NCBI RefSeq assembly: GCF_044704955.1
Contig: NC_091997.1
Location: forward strand, 67,022,001 to 67,086,000
DNA length: 64,000 nucleotides
Reading direction: 5' to 3'
DNA from: Pristiophorus japonicus
Lineage: Eukaryota
Shown here: positions 1 through 13,481 of the stretch, piece by piece
Layout of the letters: every line of letters starts with the position of its first letter
Position numbering within the stretch: position 1 is the first letter of the stretch
Notes under the pieces: generated by a model
What the model was told of the DNA's origin: nothing
Seen by the model: only the letters and a program-made list of their open reading frames with translations
Database searches by the model: none
Made by a program: the position numbers and the translations under genes

Positions 1-445
1 AGCACTCAGGGAGTGGATGTGCCGTCTATCGGATGGGACGTTAAACTCTCCGAGGTGGACATAAAAGATCGTATTTTGAAGAGGAGCAGGGAAGTTATCC
101 CTTAATTAACATCGCTAAAACAGATTATCTGGTCATTATCACGTTGCTGTGTGTGGGGACTTGCATTTCCGCTGTGTGCAAATTGGCTGCCGCGTTTCCT
201 ATATTACAAAAAGTACTTCATTGGCTGTAAAGCGCTTTGGAATGTCCTGAGGTCGTGAAAGGCGCTATATAAATGCAAGTCTTTCTTTCTTTTTGCAATG
301 AATTACTTTGACTGTTGTGCAAGACCCTTGCAGCCAGCACAAGTCGGAGGGAAAGGCCAGTAAATGACCCCTTTTGGGATCTATTAAAATCAGTGCGATT
401 AAGAATTACTGGCAAACTGAATTTCTGACTGCTAGTCAGACTCAC

Positions 446-496
446 CTTAAGTTGTCCCAGCAGTCCTGCCTCTTCCACGACCAACTTCCACAGATG
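446..496 (-). CDS. TUBGCP4: TUBGCP4 exon 10 (HLWKLVVEEAGLLGQLK); later exons lie outside the window
   Basis: Acceptor gaccag|CAT, donor AAG|gtgagt; 51 nt. Confidence 0.95.
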
Positions 497-1271
497 CTGG
501 TCAAACACAAAGAGAAACACGGGGTTATTCACAGGTCTGAAGTAACCAGCTGATCGGAGATGGAATACGAGAGTACACCAGCACTTGCTGTAGGTGCCAC
601 AGGAACAGGGCTAGCGCGATGGTTACCCTAATAACGCTACCTCAGCCCAACTACATGCCTCAATTCTTCCATGTTAATTGTACTTAAGTGGTGTATAGCG
701 ATTGAACATTAATTGTATGCAGGTGGTGGGACGGATTATGGGAGGTCACGCTGACCCTAGACTTACCGGGTGCTGATGACGGTGCTGTCGGGTCCCGACC
801 CCTGAAGCTGGATTTGCGTATGTACTGAAATCTCGGGCCTCCCTCTCTCCCGGTGCTGGTTTGGTGCTCCTTTTCTGGAGCCTACTGCGCAGCATTTCCT
901 CGTCCAGAATCTCTCCGTTTTTTTTTCAATCCTCCGCTCCCTCAGGCCCAGCTTCGGCGCCTCGGTCAGCCGCCTGCCCTTCCCATCCCTTCCCTTTCCC
1001 GGCCCGCTTAACTCCATGAACAGCGCGGGACACCACCCTGCCGGGAATGATGCCGGACCAGGGATGTTTCCGGACTAAAGAGGCCCGGACTGGAGAGGTA
1101 CAACTGCGGATAGCGCTTGCGGGCGGGCGGCCAGTTTCCAGCGCCCCGCCTGGACATTCGGTGCCGGTTTCGAGGGGGGGGCGTGAAGCATTACCGCCCG
1201 GGAGAGGCGAGCTGGTGAGCAACGCCCCTAGTTGCGACAGTGGCTCGATATTTGGATCGTGCCCGACCTGT

Positions 1272-1290
1272 AGAGCGCCCCCTGGTGGGA
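1272..1290 (-). promoter_or_regulatory. CTCF consensus motif
   Basis: Minus strand reads CCACCAGGGGGCGC (1288-1275), a perfect core, within a GC-rich intronic stretch. Confidence 0.5.
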
Positions 1291-2197
1291 ACGCCTGTGG
1301 AAGCTGCCGTAGTGGCCACAGTGAGGGAAGTAATGTCGACCTGAGGTTGAGTGTGATTGAGTTTGCGATTCATGTTGTGGTGGCGTGAGTTATGTATTGG
1401 AAAAGTTTACGGTGAGGGTTTTTTTTCAGATTTTATTCCCCCCCCCGCCGGAGGCCTCTCATAGGTCACTCAGAGGCCGGCTGTTTAGCTCGGTATTTTC
1501 ACTTCCTCAGCCGGCCTAGCGCCCTCAAAGAAGTGTGCAACGCCTCCCTTAGCGCTCCACCCCACACTCAGGGTCCAGCTGATGAATTTTGCTGCGGCGG
1601 ACGCAAACCGTTTCCCGCTCCGTCCGGGTTAACGCCACAAGAGGCGCGACCAAATTTCCACACCCTGGTCTTCTATCCTTCACAAACTGGCTATCCAACT
1701 TTGACACCCCAACTTTCCTGCTGAGGTATGGTCTCACAGCCATTAGCCGGCATCCCTCCAGTACACCAAGAAGCCATTCTTTGAGCGTGACCATAAAACA
1801 GTGATTGTGGAGACTTCGTAGCCAAGTCTAATTCCGTCCCCATCCAAAATCCTAGGAAAGCCTCTCTCCGTTGCAAAGACGGAACGAGGAGCAAGAACCC
1901 TGGCTAATTCTACCCAGCCTTGGACCCAGGAGCACAGAGGTCAGCAGTGGTGGCCAAACTGCTGCACTGCTGCGTCCAGTTAACTCAGCAAGGGCAAGGG
2001 AGTAGATGGGAGACACTCCCGGCCTGTATGGCATAACACCACACCCAGGCAGTGCACTTACTCATGAAGCCATCGGGGCGAGCTCAGATCAGCAGACTCA
2101 AATTATCGGCGCGCGCACACAGGTAAATGCTACGGAAGGAATAGCGTATCACTGCACCAACTGTCCCAATTACTTTGACGGTTCCACCCATTCTTAC

Positions 2198-2322
2198 CTC
2201 AGCCACTGTACTTCTGATCCTATCAATCAGATTTTCAAAATCCACCAGGTTGAAAAGGGACTGTTGTTTGAGCATATGCAGTTCTGCTGCGAAGGCATCC
2301 TCCTGGTTCTTCAAAATGGACC
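2198..2322 (-). CDS. TUBGCP4: TUBGCP4 exon 9 (GSILKNQEDAFAAELHMLKQQSLFNLVDFENLIDRIRSTVAE)
   Basis: Acceptor ctgcag|GG, donor GAG|gtaaga; 125 nt. Confidence 0.96.
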
Positions 2323-3196
2323 CTGCAGAGCACACGCAAAGTACAAGGTTAACAGGCTTGGTGAGCAGGGCAAAGACGTTGTCAATGCTACCTCTGCCCT
2401 CTCAGGTGGACGCAAACGATCCCGCGGCACTATTTCAAAGAGTTATCCCCAGTGTCCAGGCCAATATTTATCCCTCAATCAACATCACTAAAACAGATTA
2501 TCTGGGTCATTACCAACTTGCTGTGTGTGGGAGCTTGCTGTGCGCAAATTGGCTGCCGCGCTTCCCACATTACAACAGTGGCTACACTCCAAAATGTACT
2601 GGATTGGCTGTAAAGCACTTTGCGACAACCAGTGGTCGTGAAAGGCGCTATAGAAATGCAAGTCTTTCTTTTGCAAATGTGAAATTTGATTTAATTTAAC
2701 CAATTTGCTACTGCAAGTCATTGGAAAATATCTCGAACTCAGGTTATTCATTGCAAATAAGTTGTGTCATATTCAAGGTATTAGCTAGTTAAATTGCTAC
2801 ACAATTCCAGCATTTCCTGGCTCTCATTCCAGTATTTGCAGTTTTCTATCCAAAATAATAAGGATCTGCTGCCGATCCCCTCCACCAATTCCTCCCGAAC
2901 TCACCGATTCTTTATTTAAATGGGCGACACTTACTGTCCACCAATAGGTACTTGGAGAGGGTGGTCGCGGTTGAAATTGTTTTTACAACTGAATGGTTTG
3001 CTAGACCACATAGTGTCTAAGACTGGAGTCACATGTAGTCTAAGGTGGGCAACGATGGAAGGTTTTCTGCCCTGAACGACATTAGTGAACGAGTTAAGTT
3101 TTTGTGACAATTCAACGCTTTTGCGGCCAAGGTTTTGGCTGCCAGCTCACAGATTACAGTATTTATTGACTTCAATCTCAGTGTCGTGGTTATGTT

Positions 3197-4045
3197 CATC
3201 ATCATCATAGGCAGTCCTTCGGAATCGAGGAAGACTTGCTTCCACTCTAAAAATGAGCCCTTAGGTGGCTGAACAGTCCAATACGAGAGCCACAGACTCT
3301 GTCACAGGTGGGACAGATAGTCGATGAGGGAAAGGGTGGGTGGGACAGGTTTACCACACGCTCTTTCCGCTGCCTGTGCTTGATTTCTGCATGCTCTCGG
3401 TGATGAGACGCAAGGTGCACTTCCTCCACTTAGGGTGGTCTTTGGTCAGGGACTCCCAGGTGTCAGTGGGGATGTTGCACTTTATCAGGGAGGCTTTGAG
3501 GATGTCCTTGTAACGTTTCCTCTGCCCACCTTTGGCTCGTTTGCCATGAAGGAGTTCCGAGTGGAGCGCGTGCTTTGGGAGTCTCGTGTCTGGCATGCGG
3601 ACAATGTGGCCTGCCCAGCGGAGCTGATCAAGTGTGGTCAGTGCTTCAATGCTGGGGATGTTGGTCTGGTCGAGGACGCTAACGTTGGTGTGTCTGTCCT
3701 CCCAGGGGATTTGCAGGATCTTGCGGAGACATCGTTGGTGATATTTCTCCAACGACTTGAGGTGTCTACTGTACATGGTCCATGCCTCTGATCCATACAG
3801 GAGGGCGGGTATTATTACAGCCCTGTAGACCATGAGCTTGGTGGCGGATTTGAGGGCCTGGTCGTCAAACACTCTTTTCCTCAGGCGGCCGAAGGCTGCA
3901 CTGGCGCACTGGAGGCGGTGTTGAATCTCGTCGTCAATGTCTGCTCTTGTTGATAGGAGGCTCCCGAGGTATGGGAAATGGTCCACGTTGTCCAGGGCCG
4001 CGCCGTGGATCTTGATGACTGGGGGACAGTGCTGTGTGGCGAGGA
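3197..4045 (-). mobile_element. RTE-clade LINE 3' fragment
   Basis: ORF 3351..3986 (FPYLGS...QLRWAGHIVRMPDTRLPK), CPTC zinc finger, (TGA)n tail. Confidence 0.88.
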
Positions 4046-4419
4046 CAGATTATGTTGCTGGACTGGTAAATGCAGAGAACGGGATTTCAGAATCACAGGT
4101 TGAGAATTAGCATTTTAAAAATCTGGAATTAAATAGCTGGCACCAGTAAAAGTGATCATGAAGCTGACGGATTGTTGTGAAAACTCAGCTGGTTCACCAT
4201 GTGCTTTCGGGAAGGATACCTGCCAGCCTTACCCAGTGTGGGTCTATATGTGACTCTTCCCACACCAATGCGGTTGATATGTCTGGAGTGGCCTAGTAAG
4301 CCACTCAGTTGTATAAAACAGCGAAAAAACCCTCGTCCAAGGGGCCCGTTTTCATGTTTCAGTCTAGACAAAAATGGCGTGCTGCATTATTCAACTGTGG
4401 AGGGCATCACAGGCAAACC

Positions 4420-4680
4420 TACAATATATGCTCACAGGTTTGGAGAGCTGTTGAGTTGGGAGTGGCTTAGCCAGTCACGTGATGTTCACAAGACTCAATA
4501 AAACCCCAGCCAGTTGGGTTCGGGGGATCCACGATGAGGCAGGTGGTTGTGAGCCTGGTAGATGAACTGGTAATGTGTCGTGTGATTGTTAAACCTTTTG
4601 CTAATAAACCAACTAGTTCTTAATAGCAATGTGTTGCTATGAATTCTTAAGCAAAGAATCCATGAAGCAAATATATTACA
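4420..4680 (+). mobile_element. Solo-LTR-like element (275-bp family) with perfect 5-bp TSD AAACC
   Basis: AAACC at 4415-4419 and 4681-4685; ends ATTACA; internal AATAAA; homologous to copies at 8034, 19398, 22012 and 52813. Confidence 0.75.
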
Positions 4681-4972
4681 AAACCCAATCCTGCTCTCGC
4701 CCAACCTCCACAGGGACACTTTACAGCAGGGGTCAGTGGATAGTAATCAGGAGCGGGAACCCTGGCTGACTTTTTTTTTTTTAAACCCCTCCTCTTCTTC
4801 AGCCCAGTAGCATCGAGTCAGATTGTAGTGGCTTTGACTAGAGATCAGCTGACCCTACACAGGACCAGGGATTGAACCCGGTGACTTTCCGAGCCTGGCA
4901 TGGCAGGGTAGCATGCTGGGCGCTGTGGTGACTTACTGAGGGATCGGGAAAACTCTGAACACTGCGCCCTAC

Positions 4973-5138
4973 CTGCACGAGTGTGATTCACGTTCTGATG
5001 CTCAAACATCTGCACGGACTCCCCCACAAACAGGATCTTCTCTGCCACCCTCACGGGGATGTAAGAGGGCAGCATCTCGGCTCGCAGCGAAAACTGCTTC
5101 AGGGACGTAGCCAACATGCTCTCCTCTTCAATTAACCG
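4973..5138 (-). CDS. TUBGCP4: TUBGCP4 exon 8 (RLIEEESMLATSLKQFSLRAEMLPSYIPVRVAEKILFVGESVQMFEHQNVNHTRA)
   Basis: Acceptor taatag|CGG, donor G|gtaggg; 166 nt, ends phase 1. Confidence 0.96.
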
Positions 5139-7322
5139 CTATTAGAAATATGCAAAGCAGTCAGCACTTGGTGCACAGAATAATAAGCAACTAAATAGCT
5201 TCATAAAATACAAATCATTTTAAATTCATGAATGGGATGTGGGTGTCGCTGGCCAGGCCGGCATTTATTGCCCATCCCTAATTGCCCCTTGAGAAGGTGG
5301 TGATGAGCCACCTTCTTGAACCGCAGCAGTCCGTGTGGTGAAGGTCCTCCCACAGTGCTGTTAGGGAGGGAGTTCCTGGATTTTGACCCAGCAATGATGA
5401 AGGAACAGCCGATATATTCCCAGTCGGGATGGTGTGTGACTCGGGAGGGGAACGTGGAGGTGGTGGTGTTCCCATGCGCCTGCTGCCCTTGTCCTTCTAG
5501 GCGGTAGAGGTCGCGGGTTTGGGAGGTGCTGCCGAAGAAGCCTTGGCGAGTTGCTGCAGTGCATCTTGTAGATGGTGCACACTGCAGCCACGGTGCGCCG
5601 GTGGAGGGAGTGAGTGTTAAAGGTGGTGGGTAGCGTATCGATCAAGCGGGCTGCTTTGTCCTGGATGGTGTCGAGATTCTTGAGTTGTAGGAAATGCACT
5701 CATCCAGGCAAGTGGAGAGTGTTCCATCACACTCCTGACTTGTGCCTTGTGGATGATGCAAATAATCATGACGCTCCCCTTATGGAGAAGATATGTAGCC
5801 AGAGAACTTGCATCTATACGAAGACCTTTCAGGTCCCCAAGGTGTTCCAATTCGCTTCACAATCACTGAAGTACTTTTGAAGTGTAGCCACTGTTGTAAT
5901 GTGGGGAAAGGCCTTCTTTGCTCAGAATCAGCCCAAAAATACTCAGTTCATTATTCTGAATTGCATTGACTGTCGTGGTGAAGGTAAACTCGGCAGCCGT
6001 TCTGTACATGGCACCATCCCACCAACAGCAGTGAGGCCCTTCGAATATAGTCGTGGGATCTTGAGCAACCCCGCCAGCAAACGGGTTAACACATCTCTCT
6101 CAAACGACCCAGTCAAAAACAGGCCCGCAATGACCTCACTGTAGTTTGTGGGATCTTTCTGTGCTGCGGGCTGTGCCTATATAATAACAGTCTCTGCGCT
6201 GCGATAAGTAAATTGTTCTGCATGAAGGGGGACATGAACCAACATCACTGAAAAGCAGATGAACTGGTCATTATCTCATTGCTGTGTGTGGGACCTTGCA
6301 GTGCATATTTTGGCTGCTGCTTTTCCCACATTACAACAGCGACTACACTTCAAAAAAGTACCTCATTAGCTGTGAAGCCCTTTGGGATGACCGGAGGTTG
6401 TAAACGGCGCTATATAAATGCAAGCCTCTTTTTTCATTCTTTCCAGTCATCCGGTGTCAGCAGCAAGAACCACTAGATGAGTTATAACATAAATTAATTG
6501 CAGAGTAAAGCTCGTTCTACTCTGCCTCAACAATGAGCCTCAGCTCTGACCTCAGGGTAATTCCCCTTACTGCGACAGTGAGATATTTTTCCATTTTCTC
6601 CACTAGCCAGCTTTTGACAACTTTGAGTGGGAAATGCAACTCAGTGCTAACTAGTGAAGAGCTTTAATTTATATAATTAATGATGTCGTTTTTTTTCTTT
6701 CTTTTGCATTGAAAGCTGCGATAGGGTCCTGTATAAATAGAAATTTTTCTTCTGTCAGTACTGGGGGGCAAATTGCAACACTTTTCCACTTTAACACCTC
6801 GTCTCAAGCATTGCCAGCTAATTTGGCCAGAGACAGATGAAAGCGCGATGACAAATCACGGGCAGCTCTCGTTAAGAACTGGCTCCGGACTGCTCAAACT
6901 CATTTCATGGTTGGACCCTCGCACCCAGCAGATGGAACAGACTTTCCATCCCATCAGTCGAGGCTGCATTCCCAACCCGGCTCCCCGGGGCTGGTGGTCT
7001 CAAGGGCAACTGGCTCGAAGGAGTCCAGCTAACCGAGGGAAGCTGAATGGACATCAACGGAGATGGGGACAGTGACCAAGGGGCCTCTTCAGCTGCGTCT
7101 ATTAATTCAGTGCTTTCGCGCTGTCAGCTCGAATAACCTCTTCAAGTCAGTGTCCCTGACACGTTCAGTTTAAGGAAGAATGCAACAGGAAGGCAGGATG
7201 AAGCAAAACAAGTTGTTGAAGTGAATAAGTCTGTAATGATTGTATATTTTTAAATAGCGCATGCTGATGGCGACAGTGGCTCTGAGCAAATTCAACTAAA
7301 GTCACATACAGATACAATTATA

Positions 7323-7757
7323 TCATCATCATCATAGGCAGTCCCTCGAAATCGAGGAAGACTTGCTTCCACTCTTAAAATGAGTTATTAGGTGGCTGAA
7401 CAGTTCAATATGGGAATTACAGTCCCTGTCACAGGTGGGACAGATAGTCGTTGAGGGAAAGGGAGGGTGGGACTGGTTTGCCGCACGCTCCTTCCGCTGC
7501 CTGCGCTTGATTTCTGCATGGTCTCCGCGACGAGACTCGAGGTGCTCAGCGCCCTCCGGGATGCACTTCCTCCACTTAGGGCGGTCTTTGGCCAGGGACT
7601 CCCAGGTATCGGTGGGGATGTTGTACTTTATCAGGGAGGCTTTGAGGGTGTCCTTGTAACGTTTCCTCTGCCCACCTTTGGCTCGTTTGTCGTGGAGGAG
7701 TTCCGAGTAGAGCGCTTGCTTTGGGAGTCTCGTGTCTGGCATGCGGACAATGTGGCC
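7323..7757 (-). mobile_element. RTE-clade LINE 3' fragment; further copies near 24380-24808 and 52535-52735 (plus)
   Basis: ORF 7332..7742 homologous to the 3351..3986 product; (TGA)n tail. Confidence 0.85.
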
Positions 7758-8033
7758 ACTGAGGAAGAACTAAAATAACTAACTTGAAGACTACAGTTAT
7801 CACCAATGTTCTCGCTAAGCTGTGCAATCTGGAATCCAGCGCAGGCCGCTCACCGGCTTTTAACTGGGAGAAACTGCACATGCGCGAGAATTTGAATGGG
7901 CCACGCAGCCACTTAAAGGCCGTTCGAGCACCCAAAAAAAAATTTAGAGGGAACATTGCTATCACGAGATTTCTTTTCACCAATACTTGCCGTTTTGTCC
8001 GGTTTCTACTTTTAAACCGTTCGTATGATACGG

Positions 8034-8286
8034 ATGCTCACAGGTTTGTAGAGCTGTTGAGTTGGGAGCGGCTTAGCTAGTCACGTGATGTTCACAAGAC
8101 TCAATAAAACCCCGGCCAGTTGGGTTCGTGGAATCCACGATGAGGCAGGTGGTTGTGAGTCTGGTGGATGAACTGGTAATGTGTAGTGTGATTGTTAAAC
8201 CTTTTGCTTATAAACCAACTGGTTCTTAATAGCAATGTGTTGCAATGAATTCTTAAGCAAAGAACCCTTGAAGCAAACACATCACA
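8034..8286 (+). mobile_element. Solo-LTR-like element copy abutting the TUBGCP4 exon 7 donor
   Basis: Homologous to 4420-4680; the terminus ACATCACA ends 5 nt from the exon boundary. Confidence 0.75.
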
Positions 8287-8291
8287 CTTAC

Positions 8292-8496
8292 CAGGTCTTG
8301 TAGTTCCCGGAGCTGCTTCCCACTTAATCCACGGATTCCCAGATCTTCCTCCTCTTCATCCTCAGACTGAGTGCTAACATTACCAGAGGAAGGCCCTTGC
8401 TTGATAAAGAACTCCTCATACTTGTCCAGTAACAGCCCGTGGAGCATCCACGCAGATAACTGCTTGTACATCACACCGTGACACACTGCTAGGATC
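8292..8496 (-). CDS. TUBGCP4: TUBGCP4 exon 7 (ILAVCHGVMYKQLSAWMLHG...GKQLRELQDL)
   Basis: Acceptor atgcag|GATC, donor CTG|gtaagt; 205 nt; matches ORF 8253..8486. Confidence 0.96.
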
Positions 8497-9336
8497 CTGC
8501 ATTGGGACGGAACAGCAACTTATCATCATACCTGATAATACAACTCTTGGCTCTCTGTTTTACTTTATGGTCTCTTCTCCTTTCAGCTTATCTCTCGTCC
8601 CTCCCAAACTCTCAATATTAGGCTCTATATGCTCTTCCACTTGCCTTCATTCGCATTGTAAATCACCTCTGCAACCTTCTCCTAACATTACAACAGTGAT
8701 TACACTTCAAAACCAATTCATTGGCTGTGAAGCGCTGTGGGATGTCCCGAGGTCGTGAAAGGTGCTATAGAAAAATGTATCTTTCTTTCCTTTGTTTCAA
8801 ACTTATTTTTTCCACTTCACCAAAACTGCACGAATCCCGAACACCCTCAAGGCTCCCAATTCTTTTAAAATCCAAGCTTAGCACTGCCTAATCGTTACTT
8901 ATTGTCTTCTCTCCGACTTTGATTGCGTCCTGCACCGCAAGCCTTGGCCCTTCATTTAGGGTTCCTAATTGAAAAACCCTCCTGTCCCGTTGTTGTCGTT
9001 GATAAAGCTGATAGTAAATACTGTCTGCAGAGAGGCAATAATAAAAATGTAAAATATTATTAGAAATGGAGCACATGTTGCTCTCGCATTCCTTCTAATC
9101 TAGAAGGACTCCCCGTCCCCATCTCAAAGGTAACAGGCTGAAAGATTCTGTAATTCCCAATGCCACAGCTCCTGAATTTGGAACATATCAACCTTGACGT
9201 TGAGGGATGAATATTACAGTACTGCCAGTTTTAATTGCGCTCCTTCCACTGGCTCTATAGACTCTCAGAAATTTGTGGCACAGAAGAAGGCCATTCATTG
9301 TGTAGGTGCCGGACGACAAAGAGCTAGCCAACCTCA

Positions 9337-12300
9337 TCCAGGATGGTATGTTGCCTCCCTGGTGCAAGGGTCATGGATGTCTCGGAGCGGGTGCAGGACA
9401 TTTTGAAAAGGGAGGGTGAACAGTCAGTTGTTGTGGTGCACATTGGTACCAACGATGTAGGTAAAAAAAGGGATGAGGTCCTACAAGACTTTAAAGAGCT
9501 AGGAGCTAAATTAAAAGGTAGGACCTCAAAAGTAGTGATCTCGGGATTGCTACCAGTGCCACGTGCTAGTCAGAGTAGGAATCGCAGGATAGGTCAGATG
9601 AATACGTGGCTTGAGCAGTGGTGCAGCAGGGAGGGATTCAAATTCCTGGGGCATTGGAACTGGTTCTGGGGGAGGTGGGACCAGTACAAATCGGACGGTC
9701 TGCATCTAGGCAGGACCGGAACCAATGTCCTAGGAGGAGTGTTTGCTAGTGCTATTGGGGATGGGAACCAATGCAGGGAGACAGAGGGAAACAAATTGGA
9801 GACAGAGGCAAAAGACAGAAAGGAGATGAGTAAAAGTGGAGGGCAGAGAAACCCAAGGCAAAAAACAAAAAGGGCCACTTTGCAGCAAAATTCTAAAGGG
9901 TCTAAGTGTGTTAAAAAGGCAAGCCTGAAGGCTCTGTGCCTCAATGCGAGAAGTATTCGGAATAAGGTGGATGAATTAACTGTGCAGATAGCAGTTAACG
10001 GATACGATGTGGTTGGCATCACGGAGACATGGCTCCAGGGTGACCAAGGCTGGGAACTCAACATCCAAGGGTGCTCAACATTTAGGAAGGATAGACAGAA
10101 AGGAAAAGGAGGCGGGGTGGCGTTGCTGGTTAAAGAGGAAATTAAGGCAATTGTAAGGAAAGACATTAGCTTGGAATCGGTATGGGTGGAGCTACGGAAT
10201 ACCAAGGGGCAGAAAACACTACTGGGAGTTGTGTACAGACCTCCACACAGTAGTAGTGATGTTGGGGAGGGCATCAAACAGGAAATTAGGGGTGCATGCA
10301 ATAAAGGTGCAGCAGTTATCATGGGTAACTTTAATATGCATATAGATTGGGCTAACCAAACTGGAAACAATACGGTGGAGGAGGATTTCCTGGAGTGCAT
10401 AAGGGATGGTTTTTTAGACCAATATGTCAAGGAACCAACTAGGGGGGAGGCCATCTTAGACTGGGTGTTGTGTAATGAGAGAGGATTAATTAGCAATCTC
10501 GTTGTGCGAGGCCCCTTGGGGAAGAGTGACCATAATATGGTGGAATTCTACATTAGTTTGGAGAATGAAACAGTTAATTCAGAGACCATGGTCCAGAACT
10601 TAAAGAAGGGTAACTTTGAAGGTATGAGGCGTGAATTGGCTAGGATAGATTGCCGAATGATGCTTAAGGGGTTGACAGTGGATGGGCAATGGCAGACATT
10701 TAGAGATCGCATGGATGAACTACAACAATTGTACATCCCTGTCTGGCGTAAATATAAAAAAGGGAAGGTGGCTCAACCGTGGCTATCAAGGGAAATCAGG
10801 GATAGTATTAAAGCCAAGGAAGTGACATACAAATTGGCCAGAAATAGCAGCGAACCCGGGGACTGGGAGAAATTTAGAACTCAGCAGAGGAGGACAAAGG
10901 GTTTGATTAGGGCAGGGAAAAGAGAGTACGAGAGGAAGCTTGCAGGGAACATTAAAATGGACTGCAAAAGCTTCTATAGATATGTAAAGAGAAAAAGGCT
11001 CGTAAAGACAAACGTAGGTCCCCTGCAGTCAAAATCAGGGGAAGTCATAACTGGGAACAAAGAAATGGCAGACCAATTGAACAAGTACTTTGGTTCGGTA
11101 TTCACTAAGGAGGACACAAACAACCTTCCAGATATAAAAGGTGTCAGAGGGTCTAGTCAGAAGGAGGAACTGAGGGAAATCCTTATTAGTCAGGAAATTG
11201 TGTTGGAGAAATTAATGGGACTGAAGCCGGTAAATCCCCAGGGCCTGATGGATTGCATCCCAGAGTACTTAAGGAGGTGGCCTTGGAAATAGCTGATGCA
11301 TTGATAGTCATTTTCCAACATTCCATAGACTCTGGATCAGTTCCGATGGAAGGTAGCCAATGTAACCCCACTTTTTAAAAAAGGAGGGAGAGAGAAAACA
11401 GGGAATTATAGACCGGTCAGCCTGACATCGGTAGTGGGTAAAATGATGGAATCAATTATTAAGGATGTCATAGCAGCACATTTGGAAAGAGGTGACATGA
11501 TAGGTCCAATTCAGCATGGATTTGTGAAAGGGAAATCATGCTTGACAAATCTTCTGGAATTTTTTGAGGATGTTTCCAGTAGAGTGAACAAGGGAGAACC
11601 AGTTGATGTGGTGTATTTGGACTTTCAGAAGGCTTTCGACAAGGTCCGACACAAGAGATTAATGTGCAAAGTTAAAGCACATGGGATTGGGGGTAGTGCG
11701 CTGACGTGGATTGAGAACTGGTTGGCAGACAGGAAGCAAAGAGTAGGAGTTAATGGGTACTTTTCAGAATGGCAGGCAGTGACTAGTGGTGTACCGCAAG
11801 GTTCTGTGCTGGGGCCCCAGCTGTTTACATTGTACATTAATGATTTAGACGAGGGGATTAAATGTAGTATCTCCAAATTTGCGGATGACACTAAGTTGGG
11901 TGGCAGTGTGAGCTGCAAGGAGGATGCTATGAGGCTGCAGAGTGACTTGGATAAGTTAGGTGAGTGGGCAAATGCATGGCAGATGAAGTATTATGTGGAT
12001 AAATGTGAGGTTATGCACTTTGGTGGTAAAAACAGAGAGACAGACTATTATCTGAATGGTGACAGATTAGGAAAAGGGGAGGTGCAACGAGACCTGGGTG
12101 TCATGGTACATCAGTCATTGAAGGTTGTCATGCAGGTACAGCAGGCGGTTAAGAAAGCAAATGGCATGTTGGCCTTCATAGCGAGGGGATTTGAGTACAG
12201 GGGCAGGGAGGTGTTACTACAGTTGTACAGGGCCTTGGTGAGGCCACACCTGGAGTATTGTGTACAGTTTTGGTCTCCTAACTTGAGGAAGGACGTTCTT

Positions 12301-12810
12301 GCTATTGAGGGAGTGCAGCTAAGGTTCACCAGACTGATTCCCGGGATGGCGGGACTGACACATCAAGAAAGACTGGATCACTGGGCTTGTATTCACTGGA
12401 GTTCAGAAGATTGAGAGGGGACCTCATAGAAACATTTAAAATTCTGACGGGTTTAGACAGGATCGATGCAGGAAGAATGTTCCCAATGTTGGGGAAGTCC
12501 AGAACCAGGGGTCACAGCCTAAGGATAAGGGGTAAGCCATTTAGGACCGAGATGAGAAGAAACTTCTTCACCCAGAGTGGTGAACCTGTGGAATTCTCTG
12601 CCACAGAAAGTTGTTGAGGCCAATTCACTAAATATATTCAAGAAGGAGTTAGATGTAGTCCTTACTACTAGGGGGATCAAGGGGTATGGCGAGAAAGCAG
12701 GAATGGGGTACTGAAGTTGCATATTCAGCCATGAACTCATTGAATGGCGGTGCAGGCTCGAAGGGCCGAATGGCCGACTCCTGCACCTATTTTCTATGTT
12801 TCTATGTTTC
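9337..12810 (+). mobile_element. CR1 LINE, 5'-truncated: SGNH esterase, APE endonuclease, reverse transcriptase; frameshifted
   Basis: ORF 9343..11292 has esterase motifs (VHIGTND, DGLHL) and APE motifs (LNARS, ITETW, SDHN). ORF 11434..12414 has RT motifs (LDFQKAFD, GVPQGSVLGP, FADD). Ends in a (TTTCTATG)n tail. Inserted into an older antisense CR1 3' end (about 9257-9336 and 12810-12970). Confidence 0.93.
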
Positions 12811-13481
12811 CAGCTCTTGGTCCGTAGCCCTGTAGGCTATGGCACTTCAAGGGCACATCCAAGTACTTTTTAAAGTGAATGAGGGTTTCTGCCTCGACCA
12901 CCCTTTCAGGCAGTGAGTTCCAGACTCCTCAACGCCCCTCTAATCCTTCTACCAATTATTTTAAATCTATTTAAATAGATGCTGGAATAGCATTGCCTCC
13001 TAATAGCAACCATTTGGTTTCCCTCACTGAATAGAAGAGGAGAGCAGTCGTGGTGCTGTAACCTGCGGCCAGGCTCAATGGGGGCCCAGGAACATCCTCG
13101 GCAGCAGATGAGGGAGGGAGAGGTGGGCTGTAAGTGGGCCCTGTATTCTATTGTATTATGAAGAACGCTGGTCTGGATAGAAATCCGGAAGGTGGTAATC
13201 TCCCGTCCAATTATCTAGGGAGTGCTGGACAGAGATAAAACGCAGGCCACACCTGCACCAACCTGTTCATCCATACTGACAGTCACAAATAAAAACCTCC
13301 TATTGTCAGTACCAATGCCAGAGCAATATTTCTTTAAGCCGAGAAAGCTTTGCCGTAAAACAAATATCTTTACATTAAAAATCTGGTGTAGGAAAGCACT
13401 TCCAGCAGTCATGGTTTTCGGTCACACTTTTCGGTCAACATTTCCCATTGTAAATTGCTATGTCAACTGTCACGATGTAGT

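Noticed and set aside
773-810. CTGATGA followed by a hairpin, as a possible hammerhead or C/D snoRNA
   Set aside because: No GAAA core after the stem, and the spacing is too short for a C/D snoRNA.
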